A stretch of DNA of 64,000 nucleotides, from contig CAZFEC010000008.1 of the NCBI GenBank assembly GCA_964517435.1, positions 10 to 64,009 of the forward strand, written 5' to 3'. Within the stretch, counting starts at the first letter, position 1; each line of letters begins with the position of its first letter. A program made the translations under genes and the position numbers. Below are positions 9,683 through 19,672 of this stretch, piece by piece. Under the pieces are notes generated by a model that worked only from the letters and a program-made list of their open reading frames with translations, made no database searches and was not told the origin of the DNA. Source of the DNA: an uncultured Bacteroidia bacterium. GTDB lineage: Bacteria > CAIWAD01 > BS150m-G50.

Positions 9683-10375
9683 ATGTACGAAAGTTCCAAA
9701 ACCCGTTCCGTGCGCGGCCCCGATTTCGAGGCGACCTATCTCGCCGGGACGGTGCTGGACATCGGTTCCGGGCGCGACGTGGTGGTCCCCCATGCGCAGC
9801 CCTTCGATCAGCAGGAGGGAGACGCCAACCGGATACTGCATTATCTCGAACCGGGCAGCTTTGACACCGTGCACAGCAGCCATTGTCTCGAACACATGCT
9901 GGATGCCGAGCAGGCGCTCCAGGACTGGTGGCAGCTGGTCAAACCGGGCGGGCACCTGATCATCGTCGTACCACACGAAGACCTGTATGAACAGGGCAAA
10001 TGGCCTAGCATCTTCAATCCGGATCACAAAACCACCTTCAGACTCAATTCCAGCCGGACCTGGTCGCCCCGTTCCTTTGACCTCTATGACCTGGTCGGGT
10101 TGCTGCCCGGAGCGAAGATTGTCGCCGCGGAAGTTCAGGACGACGGCTATAAACACGACCTCCAGAAACTGGACGCGGAGACTCCTGATGCAAAGACGAT
10201 CCGGTTGATACATATGGAACTGGTCCGTCAGCTGCTGCACAAGGAGCTCGCTTCCCTCCCGTTGCTGGATGAACTGAATCTGTTCTTCGCGAGTCTGGGC
10301 GCCTGTGTCGATCAAACCCTGGGATCGGCCCTGGCGCAGATACAGGTTATTGCCCGCAAGCCGACCATTGCGTAA
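9683..10375 (+). CDS. Class I SAM-dependent methyltransferase
   Basis: VLDIGSGRD glycine-rich SAM motif and Methyltransf_11-like layout. Start set at ATG 9683; the alternative TTG 9653 lies inside the repeat tract. Confidence 0.65.
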   Translation: MYESSKTRSVRGPDFEATYLAGTVLDIGSGRDVVVPHAQPFDQQEGDANRILHYLEPGSFDTVHSSHCLEHMLDAEQALQDWWQLVKPGGHLIIVVPHEDLYEQGKWPSIFNPDHKTTFRLNSSRTWSPRSFDLYDLVGLLPGAKIVAAEVQDDGYKHDLQKLDAETPDAKTIRLIHMELVRQLLHKELASLPLLDELNLFFASLGACVDQTLGSALAQIQVIARKPTIA

Positions 10376-10422
10376 ACGGTTTTGAACATGCAACCGTACT
10401 GTATCACATCGAGCAGGAACAA

Positions 10423-11313
10423 ATGACAGCCTCAATCCCCGTTCACCACCGCGAGGACTTCTTTCCAACACAGGGCGGCCTCCAGCTGTTCGAGCAGTCC
10501 TGGGCGCCACCAGTCCCCCGGGCGGTGATCGTGATCGTTCATGGCTATGCGGAGCACAGTTCGCGGTATGCGGAGACGGCGCTGTACCTGGCCCGGCAAG
10601 GGTATGCCCTGCAGGCATTCGATCTACAGGGACACGGGCGTTCGCCGGGGCGGCGCTGTTTCATCAGGGCTTTCGACGACTGCCTGGAGGATCTGGATCT
10701 GCTGCTGCAAAGGACCGCGCCCAGGTGGACGGGTCTGCCATGCTTCCTGCTGGGGCACAGCCTGGGCGGACTGATCGCCGTCCTCTTTGCGATCGAAGCG
10801 CGAGCCGATCTGTCCGGGCTGATTCTGAGCGCGCCCTCGGTGAAGCTGGGCGGGGACTTTTCCCCGCTCAAGGTGAAAGCCGCCCTGCGGTTGGGGCGAT
10901 GGCTTCCCCGTCTCCCGACTACCAGGTTCAACAGCGCTTCCATCTCGCGCGATCCGGCCGTGGTGCAGGCCTACCGCGACGATCCGCTGGTCAACCACGA
11001 TCGCATTCCCGCCCGGACTGCCTCGGAGATTATCCGGGCGATCGGACGCGCACAGTTGAACCTGGAGCGGATCACCCTCCCGCTGCTGGTCATGCACGGC
11101 GGCAACGACCAGGTGACCGACAGCGCGGGGAGCAGGGAACTTTACACCCGCGCCGGCTCCAAAGACAAAAGCTTTCGCCTCTGGGAGGGTCTCCATCACG
11201 AGATCATGAACGAACCGGAACGGGAGCAGGTGCTGGCGGAGATTGCGGACTGGTTGCGGGAGCGCACGCACCGGGCGGTTCCGGAGGACCAGCCGCCTGT
11301 TACACGCAGCTGA
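10423..11313 (+). CDS. Alpha/beta hydrolase, lysophospholipase/monoacylglycerol lipase-like
   Basis: HGYAEHSSRY...GHGRS and nucleophile elbow GHSLGG; an Asp/His pair near the C-terminus. Confidence 0.8.
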   Translation: MTASIPVHHREDFFPTQGGLQLFEQSWAPPVPRAVIVIVHGYAEHSSRYAETALYLARQGYALQAFDLQGHGRSPGRRCFIRAFDDCLEDLDLLLQRTAPRWTGLPCFLLGHSLGGLIAVLFAIEARADLSGLILSAPSVKLGGDFSPLKVKAALRLGRWLPRLPTTRFNSASISRDPAVVQAYRDDPLVNHDRIPARTASEIIRAIGRAQLNLERITLPLLVMHGGNDQVTDSAGSRELYTRAGSKDKSFRLWEGLHHEIMNEPEREQVLAEIADWLRERTHRAVPEDQPPVTRS

Positions 11314-11337
11314 TCTAATTCACAAGCCGGAGCAGAC

Positions 11338-11868
11338 ATGAAAGACGCAAACATACAGGAACTGAGCGAAGGCGGCTTGACTCCCTTCCTGCCGCTCCTC
11401 GCCGAAATCGAGTGCGGAGACCACTTCGACAGTGGCAATCCTGATCATACCACCTGGCTTGAGCGGAAAATCAAATCGCATCTCGCCCGTGGTTCCCGCT
11501 TCTTTGGCTATCGATCAAAGGAGGGCGGGATACTCGGAATTGTCGGTATTCTGATTGAACCCAGACTGTTCTGCACGCCGACCGCGGAGATCCTCGACAT
11601 CGGTGTCGTGAATGGACACCGGCGGGATGGACTGGGCACGGAACTGCTGAATCAGGCGCTCACGATCGCGCGTGAAGCGGGTGCGCATGCCGTCTTTGCC
11701 CGCACATACGCCGCCGATTTCGGCACCATCGCCTTTTACGGTCGTAGTCAATTCCATCCCGTTGCCGTGATCCCCGACACGAACGGTCCGACCGATGAAG
11801 GTGATATCGTTATGAGAAGGAGATTATCTGAGAGTCTGGATCCGGACGCAGCGGCATCCCAGCCTTAA
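11338..11868 (+). CDS. GNAT family N-acetyltransferase
   Basis: Motif A-like HRRDGLGTELL with a fold-typical layout. Confidence 0.55.
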   Translation: MKDANIQELSEGGLTPFLPLLAEIECGDHFDSGNPDHTTWLERKIKSHLARGSRFFGYRSKEGGILGIVGILIEPRLFCTPTAEILDIGVVNGHRRDGLGTELLNQALTIAREAGAHAVFARTYAADFGTIAFYGRSQFHPVAVIPDTNGPTDEGDIVMRRRLSESLDPDAAASQP

Positions 11869-11887
11869 CCACGCCGAAGGAGGATTC

Positions 11888-12238
11888 GTGAAAGTCATTC
11901 GTTTTGACAGCGCTGAGAGTTACGAACCGGACAAGGACTGGAGACGGGTGAGTCTGTGCAACCAGGCGGATATCTCCGTGGAACACTTCGTCAAGCCGGC
12001 GGGGCACGCCTCGCCACGCCACGAACATCCCCAGGCGCAGGTTCTAATCGTGCTGAAAGGCAGACTGACCATCAGGACCCCTGACGACGAACAGGAACTT
12101 GCCACCAACGACGCCGTGTACATCCCGGGGAGCGAACCGCATGTCGTAGCTAATCCTTCCTCTGAACCCGCTGTGGCTGTTGATATCTTCGTGCCGGGCC
12201 GTTCATTCGATTTCTGGACAAAGCGACGGAAAGCGTAA
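11888..12238 (+). CDS. Cupin domain protein
   Basis: 116 aa; cupin motif 1 (HEHPQAQVLIVLKG) and motif 2 (AVYIPGSEPH). Confidence 0.7.
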   Translation: MKVIRFDSAESYEPDKDWRRVSLCNQADISVEHFVKPAGHASPRHEHPQAQVLIVLKGRLTIRTPDDEQELATNDAVYIPGSEPHVVANPSSEPAVAVDIFVPGRSFDFWTKRRKA

Positions 12239-12334
12239 TTCTCATTGCCGGCCGGTCAAGATCAGCTTGGGAAAAGCCGATGTTATCAAGGCTAAGTTGT
12301 GCCTGATAGGTTTACTGGCTGAGCTGTATCCAAT

Positions 12335-13228
12335 ATGAAGACAGAAACCCCCGAGCTGATCGACACTTTGGAAATGGAGAGGGAAACGGCATATCCAGTC
12401 GTTCCCGCGGAAACCACATTACCGTCGATAGAAGCAGTGGAGCAGTCGGCCAAGGAGGCGACGGAGGCGCGTCCCGGCAGTATCGCCCGTCTTCTACAGT
12501 TCGCCAGGGACCTCTCTGAGAAACATGGCAGGTTATTCAATCTGCTGATTCAGTTACTGATCGTGTTCTCAATGATCAGCTTCACGATTGAGACGCTGCC
12601 GAACCTCTCCCCCGGTCTCACCCGTTTCCTCCTCTACACCGAATGGGTAGTTGTCATCATATTTTCGCTGGAGTATCTCTTCCGCCTGATCGTAAGTAAA
12701 CGCCGTCTCGCGTATGTCTTCAGTTTCTACGGGCTCATCGATCTGCTGGCGATTCTGCCATTCTACCTGCATATCGTTGGGGACCTCAGATCGATCCGTG
12801 CCGTGAGATTGCTCAGAATGGTGCGCATGCTGCGGGTGTTGAAGCTGGTGCGCTACACCAAGGCCGCCTACACGCTGCGCCGGGCCTTCACGATCGCGCG
12901 CGATGAGATAGTTCTCTATATCTTCGCGACCGTTATTCTCCTCTACCTGGCGGCGGTCGGGATCTATTTCTTCGAGCACACAGCCCAACCTGAAAACTTC
13001 TCCTCCGTGTTCCATTCGCTCTGGTGGGCGATCTGTACGATCACCACAGTCGGCTACGGCGACGTCGTGCCGGTGACCATCGGCGGCAGGGTTTTCACAT
13101 TCTGCGTGCTGATCCTCGGACTCGGTATCGTAGCAGTACCCGCCGGTCTGATCGCCTCCGCCCATTCCCAGGCTCGCGATGAGGGCCCGCCATCGGAGGA
13201 GCAGGCAACCCCGGATAGCGCTTTCTAA
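12335..13228 (+). CDS. Voltage-gated potassium channel (ion transport family)
   Basis: S4 segment with periodic Arg (RAVRLLRMVRMLRVLKLVR) and selectivity filter TTVGYGDV. Confidence 0.85.
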   Translation: MKTETPELIDTLEMERETAYPVVPAETTLPSIEAVEQSAKEATEARPGSIARLLQFARDLSEKHGRLFNLLIQLLIVFSMISFTIETLPNLSPGLTRFLLYTEWVVVIIFSLEYLFRLIVSKRRLAYVFSFYGLIDLLAILPFYLHIVGDLRSIRAVRLLRMVRMLRVLKLVRYTKAAYTLRRAFTIARDEIVLYIFATVILLYLAAVGIYFFEHTAQPENFSSVFHSLWWAICTITTVGYGDVVPVTIGGRVFTFCVLILGLGIVAVPAGLIASAHSQARDEGPPSEEQATPDSAF

Positions 13229-13378
13229 GCATTTTCCCTCCCACGCCATCCCAAATCACGAGCGATCCCCCGACCAGGGTGAAAGAGTTCCTTGCGTCCC
13301 TGGGAATGCTTAGTATAACAGCTGTGGATAGACCCACGCGGCGGCAAGCAGGCCGCTGCGAGACAGGATGAGTTCGAT

Positions 13379-14293
13379 ATGACCGGAAAAGAGAAACTCG
13401 CGTTGATTCTGAACGGCCAGGTGCCGGACTCCCCGCCGCACTGGGAACTGGTCTTCCAGATCGAACAGGCGATGTTCGGGATGGACCGGGAAACGGTCGC
13501 GACGGCCGATCTGCCGGCTTTCCAGCTGGATGTGTATAGGCGTCTGATCGACGAATACGATTGGGCGGCCGTGCGGGGCGGTTACGAACCGGACGAAATC
13601 GCCGGCGTCAAGCGCGCCCTGGGGCACCAGGCGCTCGTTCCCGCCTACGAGGGTGAGGGTGTCTTCTGGATGCCGAGCGGTGAGAACATGATGGACTTCG
13701 TGATGCGGCTTTTCAAGCGGCGAGACGAGCTGCACGCGGAAGCCCGGCGCAAATGCGACCGCGCGATACGGTTTTTCCGGCAGGCGGTCGACGCCGGCGC
13801 CGATTTTTTCGTTCTCACCTACGATTTCGGCTTCAACGACGCTCCCTTCATCTCGCCGGCTGATTTCGACGACATCGTGGCTCCCTATCTCACTGAACTG
13901 GTGCAGGCGATCCACGACCTGGATCGCAAAGTTATTCTACATTCGGACGGCTGCATCAAGCAGATTCTCGACCAGATCCATGCTACCGGACTGGACGGCT
14001 ACCAGTCGGTAGACCCGCAGGGGCACATGGATATTCGGGAGGTGCGGGAACGCTATCCGGACTGGATCCTGATGGGCAACGTCGCCTGCAACCTGCTGCA
14101 GAACACGGACGCCGCTCCGATCCGCGCCTCAGTGCGCTATTGCATGGACCATGGCGGCGTCGGGAAACCTTACATCTTCTCCACCTCGAATTGTATCTTC
14201 GAGGGCATGCCGCCGGAAAGCTACACCATCATGCATGCCGAGTACAGCCGTCTCAGCGCGGAAGCTGGAAGTCAGACGCACGAACCCGGGTGA
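13379..14293 (+). CDS. Uroporphyrinogen decarboxylase (URO-D) family protein, MtaA/CmuA-like
   Basis: 304 aa with URO-D-like TIM-barrel signature (VILHSDGCIKQILDQIHATGLDGYQSVDP). Confidence 0.65.
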   Translation: MTGKEKLALILNGQVPDSPPHWELVFQIEQAMFGMDRETVATADLPAFQLDVYRRLIDEYDWAAVRGGYEPDEIAGVKRALGHQALVPAYEGEGVFWMPSGENMMDFVMRLFKRRDELHAEARRKCDRAIRFFRQAVDAGADFFVLTYDFGFNDAPFISPADFDDIVAPYLTELVQAIHDLDRKVILHSDGCIKQILDQIHATGLDGYQSVDPQGHMDIREVRERYPDWILMGNVACNLLQNTDAAPIRASVRYCMDHGGVGKPYIFSTSNCIFEGMPPESYTIMHAEYSRLSAEAGSQTHEPG

Positions 14294-14342
14294 CAACCTG
14301 ATGGCGGTATCCCCGATTCCCGACCGGTGTGAAAGGAGCGGA

Positions 14343-14918
14343 ATGCCAGACCTGCCGAAAGTACTGTTGCTGGGTGATTCGATTCGGATGAGTTATCAGC
14401 CGCATGTCGCGCGCCTGCTCGATGGTAGAGCGGCAGTGGTCGGCCCGGCGGAGAACTGTCAGTACAGCCTCTATACCCTCGATTCACTGGACCTCTGGCT
14501 GGAAGAACTCGGGAGGCCGGACATCGTTCACTGGAACAACGGCATCCACGATGTCGGTCACAATCCGGATCGCGATCCGGTCCAGTTTCCGCCCGGGCAG
14601 TACCTGGCTAATCTGGAACGGATCCTCGAACAGCTCCTGGCCTTGACGCCCCGGGTGATCTGGGCAACCACCACGCCGGTCCATCCGGACTACCCCCTCC
14701 GCGAAGGGGAGTGGTCGTTTTGCAATGAGGATATCAATCGCTATAACCAGGCCGCCCGCCGTTTGATGGAGGGCAGGGGAGTACCGGTAAACGATTTACA
14801 CGCGCTGGTCCTGGGCGATCCGGACAGGTTCCTGTGTGAGGACATGCTTCACCTGTCCCGGGCCGGCGAGGCAGCTTGTGCGCACGCGGTGGCGGCAAGT
14901 GTTTCCCCCTTTTTGTGA
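14343..14918 (+). CDS. SGNH/GDSL hydrolase family protein
   Basis: Start at ATG 14343 (AAAGGAGCGG Shine-Dalgarno). Block I LLLGDSIR and catalytic DxxH near the C-terminus (CEDMLHLS). Confidence 0.7.
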   Translation: MPDLPKVLLLGDSIRMSYQPHVARLLDGRAAVVGPAENCQYSLYTLDSLDLWLEELGRPDIVHWNNGIHDVGHNPDRDPVQFPPGQYLANLERILEQLLALTPRVIWATTTPVHPDYPLREGEWSFCNEDINRYNQAARRLMEGRGVPVNDLHALVLGDPDRFLCEDMLHLSRAGEAACAHAVAASVSPFL

Positions 14919-14934
14919 TGAGATAGAGGGTGTT

Positions 14935-15279
14935 GTGAAAACCGTGAACTATCTGGTCAAGCGGTCATACACCGCTGCTTATCCCGAATCGCTCGTTATC
15001 AGGCAGGGAACGCGGATCCGTTTCGAGCGGAAGCCGACTGAATGGCCGGGCTGGATATGGTGCACCGTGGAAAGCGGTAAATCGGCCTGGGTGCCTGAAG
15101 CGTGGGTCGAGATCAACGGCAACTGTTGTGTACTCAAGCGGGATTACGACAGCAGAGAACTCACCGTCCAGCCTGGTGACGCCCTCGAAGTAGTGTTCAC
15201 GGAAAGCGGCTGGGGTTGGGTACGCAACCGCGAGGGTCGTGAGGGTTGGGTGCCGCTGGATAGAATCGACCCCAGATAA
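14935..15279 (+). CDS. Hypothetical protein, SH3-like (Trp/Gly-rich) domain
   Basis: GTG start with AGAGGG Shine-Dalgarno 4-5 nt upstream; 114 aa; no confident family. Confidence 0.35.
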   Translation: MKTVNYLVKRSYTAAYPESLVIRQGTRIRFERKPTEWPGWIWCTVESGKSAWVPEAWVEINGNCCVLKRDYDSRELTVQPGDALEVVFTESGWGWVRNREGREGWVPLDRIDPR

Positions 15280-15403
15280 CGACAACATGAACGATCGTAT
15301 CACACTCCGTCCGGCTGAAGGCCAGGGGCAGCCGCTGCGGATCGGATGTGATTGTGGTTATTCCCGCACTGCTGTATGGTGACTGACAACCTGAGTTGAC
15401 GCG

Positions 15404-16105
15404 ATGAGCGAAACCTTAATCACCACGTTGAAACGGAAGCGGGCGATACTCTTCGACCTGTTCCACACCCTTACCTCACTGGAAGCGGTGGGTTGCAGCG
15501 GCCAGGGAACCTGCGACATTCTGGGTGTATCACGTGATAACTGGAACGAACAGCTGCTGGAGTGTTCCCGCGACCGGCTCGTCGGGAAGCTGACGAACCC
15601 CCACCAGATAATCCGCCGTATGGCCCACGCTATCGATCCCGCCATCACGGAAGAGCGGATCGTGCGGGCGACGGAACACCGGATCGAGGGATTCGCACAG
15701 GCACTGGTCAATGTGCCGGAGACGACACTCACCGCACTCACTACCCTGCGTCAGGCGGGCAAGAGACTCGCCCTGATCAGCAATGCCGACGTAATAGAGG
15801 CACAGGCCTGGGAACGATCCCCTCTGGCTGGACTGTTTGACCTCGTACTGTTTTCCTGCCGGGTCGGGAGCGCGAAGCCGGAACCGGAGATCTATCGTCT
15901 TTGTCTGGAGCGGCTCGCGCTTGAGCCGGAAGATTGCCTGTTCGTGGGTGACGGCGGTTCGGACGAGCTGGCCGGAGCACGTGCCTGTGGAATCACCACG
16001 GTAATGATGGCCGGCATCATCCGGCGGCTCTGGCCGCAGTGGATTGAGGCCAGGCGGGAACAGGCGGACTTCGTCATCGAGGAGTTGACGGAGCTGCTGG
16101 CATGA
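15404..16105 (+). CDS. HAD superfamily hydrolase (haloacid dehalogenase-like, subfamily IA)
   Basis: Motif I ILFDLFHTL, motif III K, motif IV FVGDGGSDE. Confidence 0.7.
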   Translation: MSETLITTLKRKRAILFDLFHTLTSLEAVGCSGQGTCDILGVSRDNWNEQLLECSRDRLVGKLTNPHQIIRRMAHAIDPAITEERIVRATEHRIEGFAQALVNVPETTLTALTTLRQAGKRLALISNADVIEAQAWERSPLAGLFDLVLFSCRVGSAKPEPEIYRLCLERLALEPEDCLFVGDGGSDELAGARACGITTVMMAGIIRRLWPQWIEARREQADFVIEELTELLA

Positions 16106-16153
16106 GCCGATGGAGATCTGCAATGAAACCTGAAATGACCGCCACCGTCACTG

Positions 16154-16882
16154 TTGAAATCATCCGTCTACTCGAAAACAGAGGATGGGCAGATGCCCCC
16201 TGCGAACAAACCTGATTCGATATCTTCCATCCGCGAGGGTTACGATCGCTGGGCGGCGGTCTACGATCACGACCGCAATCCGCTGACAGCCCTGGAGGAA
16301 CCACACCTGCAGCGGGCGGCGGGGGAGGTCAGCGGTTTTCTGGTACTGGACCTCGGTTGTGGAACCGGCCGGCACGCAGTCTGGCTTGCCGCCGCCGGGG
16401 CCGAAGTGACCGCGGTCGATTTCTCGACCAGAATGCTTGACATTGCGCGCCGGAAGCCGGGAGCAAAGCAGGTCGCCTTTCTCCGCTGCGATCTGCGGGA
16501 TCCGCTACCGCTTCGTAGAGGCTGGTTCGATCTCGTCATCAGCAGCCTGGTTCTGGAGCACCTGCGGGATCTGCCCCGTTTCTTCGCTGAAATCCACCGA
16601 GTACTCCGCACCGGCGGTCGCGCCGTCGTCACCGCCATGCACCCGGCGATGTTTACCCGCGGCTGCCAGGCGAAGTTCACCGATCCTTCCTCGGGCGAAG
16701 CAGTGCGGCCCGGCAGCTTCGATCATCAGTTGGAAGACGTCACCCGGGCGGTGGAGCAAGTCGGAATGAGACTTGAGGACATCGGTGAATATGCACCTGA
16801 CGCCCGGTTCGCTGCTGCATACCCCAGAGCGGCCAAGTATGTGGATTACCCGATGCTGGTGATTCTGCAGATGTGCAGGTAG
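16154..16882 (+). CDS. Class I SAM-dependent methyltransferase
   Basis: VLDLGCGTGRHAVWLA motif I and acidic motif II (AVDFS). Confidence 0.8.
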   Translation: MKSSVYSKTEDGQMPPANKPDSISSIREGYDRWAAVYDHDRNPLTALEEPHLQRAAGEVSGFLVLDLGCGTGRHAVWLAAAGAEVTAVDFSTRMLDIARRKPGAKQVAFLRCDLRDPLPLRRGWFDLVISSLVLEHLRDLPRFFAEIHRVLRTGGRAVVTAMHPAMFTRGCQAKFTDPSSGEAVRPGSFDHQLEDVTRAVEQVGMRLEDIGEYAPDARFAAAYPRAAKYVDYPMLVILQMCR

Positions 16883-16956
16883 GTTGTCATCCTTTTCGCC
16901 TGGTGCGGATCGGCCGGATGTGATACATTATCCAACCTGACTTTCAAGAGGGACAC

Positions 16957-17568
16957 TTGAACATCGTATTCGACCTGGGTGGTGTCATCTTCAAATGGGA
17001 GCCGGCGGCGATCATCGCCGGAGTTTTCCCCGATCCGGCAGAGCAAGCCCTGGTGCGTACGCAGCTGTTCAAGCATCCCGACTGGAGTGAACTGGATCGC
17101 GGTACTCTGGCGCAACCGGAAGCGATCGCGCGGGCTGTGACGCGTACCGGACTGGCGGAAACTGAAATCGCGGAGCTGATGCGTCGGATACCGCCGGCTC
17201 TGATCGCGATCCCAGCCATGATTGATCTCCTCCACCGGCTCCGGGAAGGGGGACACCGGCTCTACTTCCTCTCCAATATGCAGGCCGCCTCCATCGAACA
17301 TCTGGAGCAAGCCAACCATTTCTGGGATGTGTTCGACGGCGGCGTCATCTCCTGCCGACTGCAGCAGATCAAGCCGGAACCGGGCATCTATCGCCACCTG
17401 CTGGAAACCTACCATCTGGTGGGAGCCGAGACGCTCTTCATCGACGACACGGAGATAAACCTGCCGCCGGCGGAGCAGCTGGGCATCCGGACGCTCCATT
17501 TCGAGAGCCCGGCACAATGCGAAGCGCGCTTGCGGGAACTGGGTGTGATTCCGGTTGACGCGATGTGA
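16957..17568 (+). CDS. HAD-IA family hydrolase
   Basis: TTG start; motif I IVFDLGGVIF and motif IV FIDDT. Confidence 0.7.
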   Translation: MNIVFDLGGVIFKWEPAAIIAGVFPDPAEQALVRTQLFKHPDWSELDRGTLAQPEAIARAVTRTGLAETEIAELMRRIPPALIAIPAMIDLLHRLREGGHRLYFLSNMQAASIEHLEQANHFWDVFDGGVISCRLQQIKPEPGIYRHLLETYHLVGAETLFIDDTEINLPPAEQLGIRTLHFESPAQCEARLRELGVIPVDAM

Positions 17569-17634
17569 TACAATTCACTGTATCCGCTTCCGGAGCCGCC
17601 GTTCCGTCTCCTCACCGGATGCCGGAGGAAAGTC

Positions 17635-18663
17635 ATGCGCATTCTGATCATCGGCGGTACCGGTTTTTCCGGACCGTACATCGTGCGACAGCTGGCGGAG
17701 CTGGGTCACGAGCTGCTCCTGCTTCACCGCGGCCGGACGGAAGCGGATTTACCCGTCGCCGTCCGACAGCTGCAGGGTGACCGAGAGCAGCTAACCGGCC
17801 ACGCGGCGGAGTTGACTGGTTTCGCGCCCGAGATCGTGCTGGACATGATTCCGCTGCACGAACGGCAGGCCCGGCAGGTGATGGAGCTATTCACCGGCGT
17901 GGCGCGGCGCGTGATTGCCATCAGCAGCCAGGACGTTTATCGCGCATACGGAGTTCTGAATCGCAGCGAACCGGGTCCTCCCGATCCCGTTCCCTTGACC
18001 GAGGAGGCGCCGCTGCGCAGCAAGCTCTATCCCTACCGGCAGCGGCTGGAGCCGGGTCATCGCCTCTACGACTACGACAAGATCCCGGTGGAACGGGCTT
18101 TCCTGGGCAGCTCCGAACTGCCAGGCACCATCCTGCGCTATCCGATGGTGTACGGTCCCCGGGACGCCCAGCATCGCCTTTATCCCTATCTCAAGCGTAT
18201 GAGCGATGAGCGTCCCGCCATCCTGCTGGAGCAGGGGATGGCGAACTGGCGCTGGACACGCGGCTATGTCGAGAACGCGGCCGCCGCCGTGGTACTTGCC
18301 GTCACGCGGGAACAGGCCGCCGGACGCATCTACAATATCGGAGAGGCGGCACCGTTGACCGAAGCGGAATGGGTGCGGGCGATCGGAAAGGCCGCGGGAT
18401 GGAGCGGTCGCATCGTCACGTTGCCGTCGGACCGCCTGCCGGAGCAACTGGCGGCCGGTATCAACACCGCCCAGGATCTGGTAACCGATGTCAGCCGGAT
18501 CCGCACGGAGCTGGGCTACATCGAACCGGTTGCGCCTGACGAAGCGCTGCGGCGCACCGTGGCCTGGGAGCTCGCCCATCCCCCCGCCGAGATCGCCGCG
18601 ATGGCGTTCGATTACGAGGTGGAAGACAGGATCCTGCGGGAACTCGAGGAGAGCAGGGAATAA
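17635..18663 (+). CDS. NAD-dependent epimerase/dehydratase family protein
   Basis: Rossmann GGTGFSG at the N-terminus; SDR-extended layout. Confidence 0.85.
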   Translation: MRILIIGGTGFSGPYIVRQLAELGHELLLLHRGRTEADLPVAVRQLQGDREQLTGHAAELTGFAPEIVLDMIPLHERQARQVMELFTGVARRVIAISSQDVYRAYGVLNRSEPGPPDPVPLTEEAPLRSKLYPYRQRLEPGHRLYDYDKIPVERAFLGSSELPGTILRYPMVYGPRDAQHRLYPYLKRMSDERPAILLEQGMANWRWTRGYVENAAAAVVLAVTREQAAGRIYNIGEAAPLTEAEWVRAIGKAAGWSGRIVTLPSDRLPEQLAAGINTAQDLVTDVSRIRTELGYIEPVAPDEALRRTVAWELAHPPAEIAAMAFDYEVEDRILRELEESRE

Positions 18664-18757
18664 CCGCCTCCGTTCCCGCGTGACGGCGATCTGCCGCCAG
18701 CGGCGAGGAAGAGGTGCGGAAAACAACCACAATCCCACCTGGAGTATTTGCGAACTG

Positions 18758-19129
18758 ATGTTGATGACATTGTCCTTTATCCTGATCACCCTGGCCCTGG
18801 TTTTCTACACCCTCGGTGTCTGGGCTGAACGCATCGTGCGGTATCTCAAACCCTGGCATGTCCTGTCTTTCTGGACGGGCTTCGGCTTCGACGTCGCAGG
18901 AACGCTGGCCATGCACCGGATTGCGGCGGATGGATTCCACATTCTGGAGCCGCACACTCTCACCGGTCAGATCGCCCTCTGGTTGATGCTGCTACATGCC
19001 GTCTGGGCAACCTGGGCCGCCAGAAGGGGCTCCGAACTCACCCGCATCCGCTTTCACAGGTACAGCCTGCTGGTCTGGCTGATTTGGTTGATCCCATACC
19101 TCGGCGGCATGTTCATAGGCATGCACTGA
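18758..19129 (+). CDS. Small integral membrane protein (hypothetical)
   Basis: Start moved to ATG 18758 (previous gene ends 18663). About 123 aa with 3-4 predicted transmembrane helices. Confidence 0.5.
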   Translation: MLMTLSFILITLALVFYTLGVWAERIVRYLKPWHVLSFWTGFGFDVAGTLAMHRIAADGFHILEPHTLTGQIALWLMLLHAVWATWAARRGSELTRIRFHRYSLLVWLIWLIPYLGGMFIGMH

Positions 19130-19378
19130 AAGCGAGACGGACCGGAACACCGGGGTTGGGAAGCGCTGACATGACCGATTTGATGCCGCATCTCTACGAT
19201 TCGACTGTCCGGATTGACTGAAGACGAAGTCGACGTCGTGCCGTATATCCAGCCGCGCTTGAGAACTGTTGCTCCCCCGGACGTACTATGCTATTGTTAA
19301 GTACGCGTCCGGCCATGGTTTACGGCGGATTACGAACGTAAGCAGACCCTCTGCAGACGCGGGAAAGGCGGTGGGACG

Positions 19379-19672
19379 ATGAAAGCGGGGATCTTCTTTA
19401 CCGGATCGGGTCCGATACTGATCCTGACTTCGTACGATTCTCTGGTGGCAGTATCCCTGGTGGAAAAGCTGCTGGCCAAGGGTATCAAGAAGTACATCGC
19501 GTACGAGGTGCCGGTTGAACTGGTCAGGCAGAAGTATGGGGCCCACTTTGATATCGTCATGCATGACCTCAAGCAGGAAGACGACCTGCGCGTCATGGAT
19601 TATGACGGTCATCATGTCTTCTACAGTTTTTCACTGGAGCAGCTGAGCGAGCCGGTCTACTTCGAGGAGTAG
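19379..19672 (+). CDS. Hypothetical protein (97 aa), orphan
   Basis: Clean ORF in a lower-GC island; no recognisable motif. Confidence 0.35.
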   Translation: MKAGIFFTGSGPILILTSYDSLVAVSLVEKLLAKGIKKYIAYEVPVELVRQKYGAHFDIVMHDLKQEDDLRVMDYDGHHVFYSFSLEQLSEPVYFEE

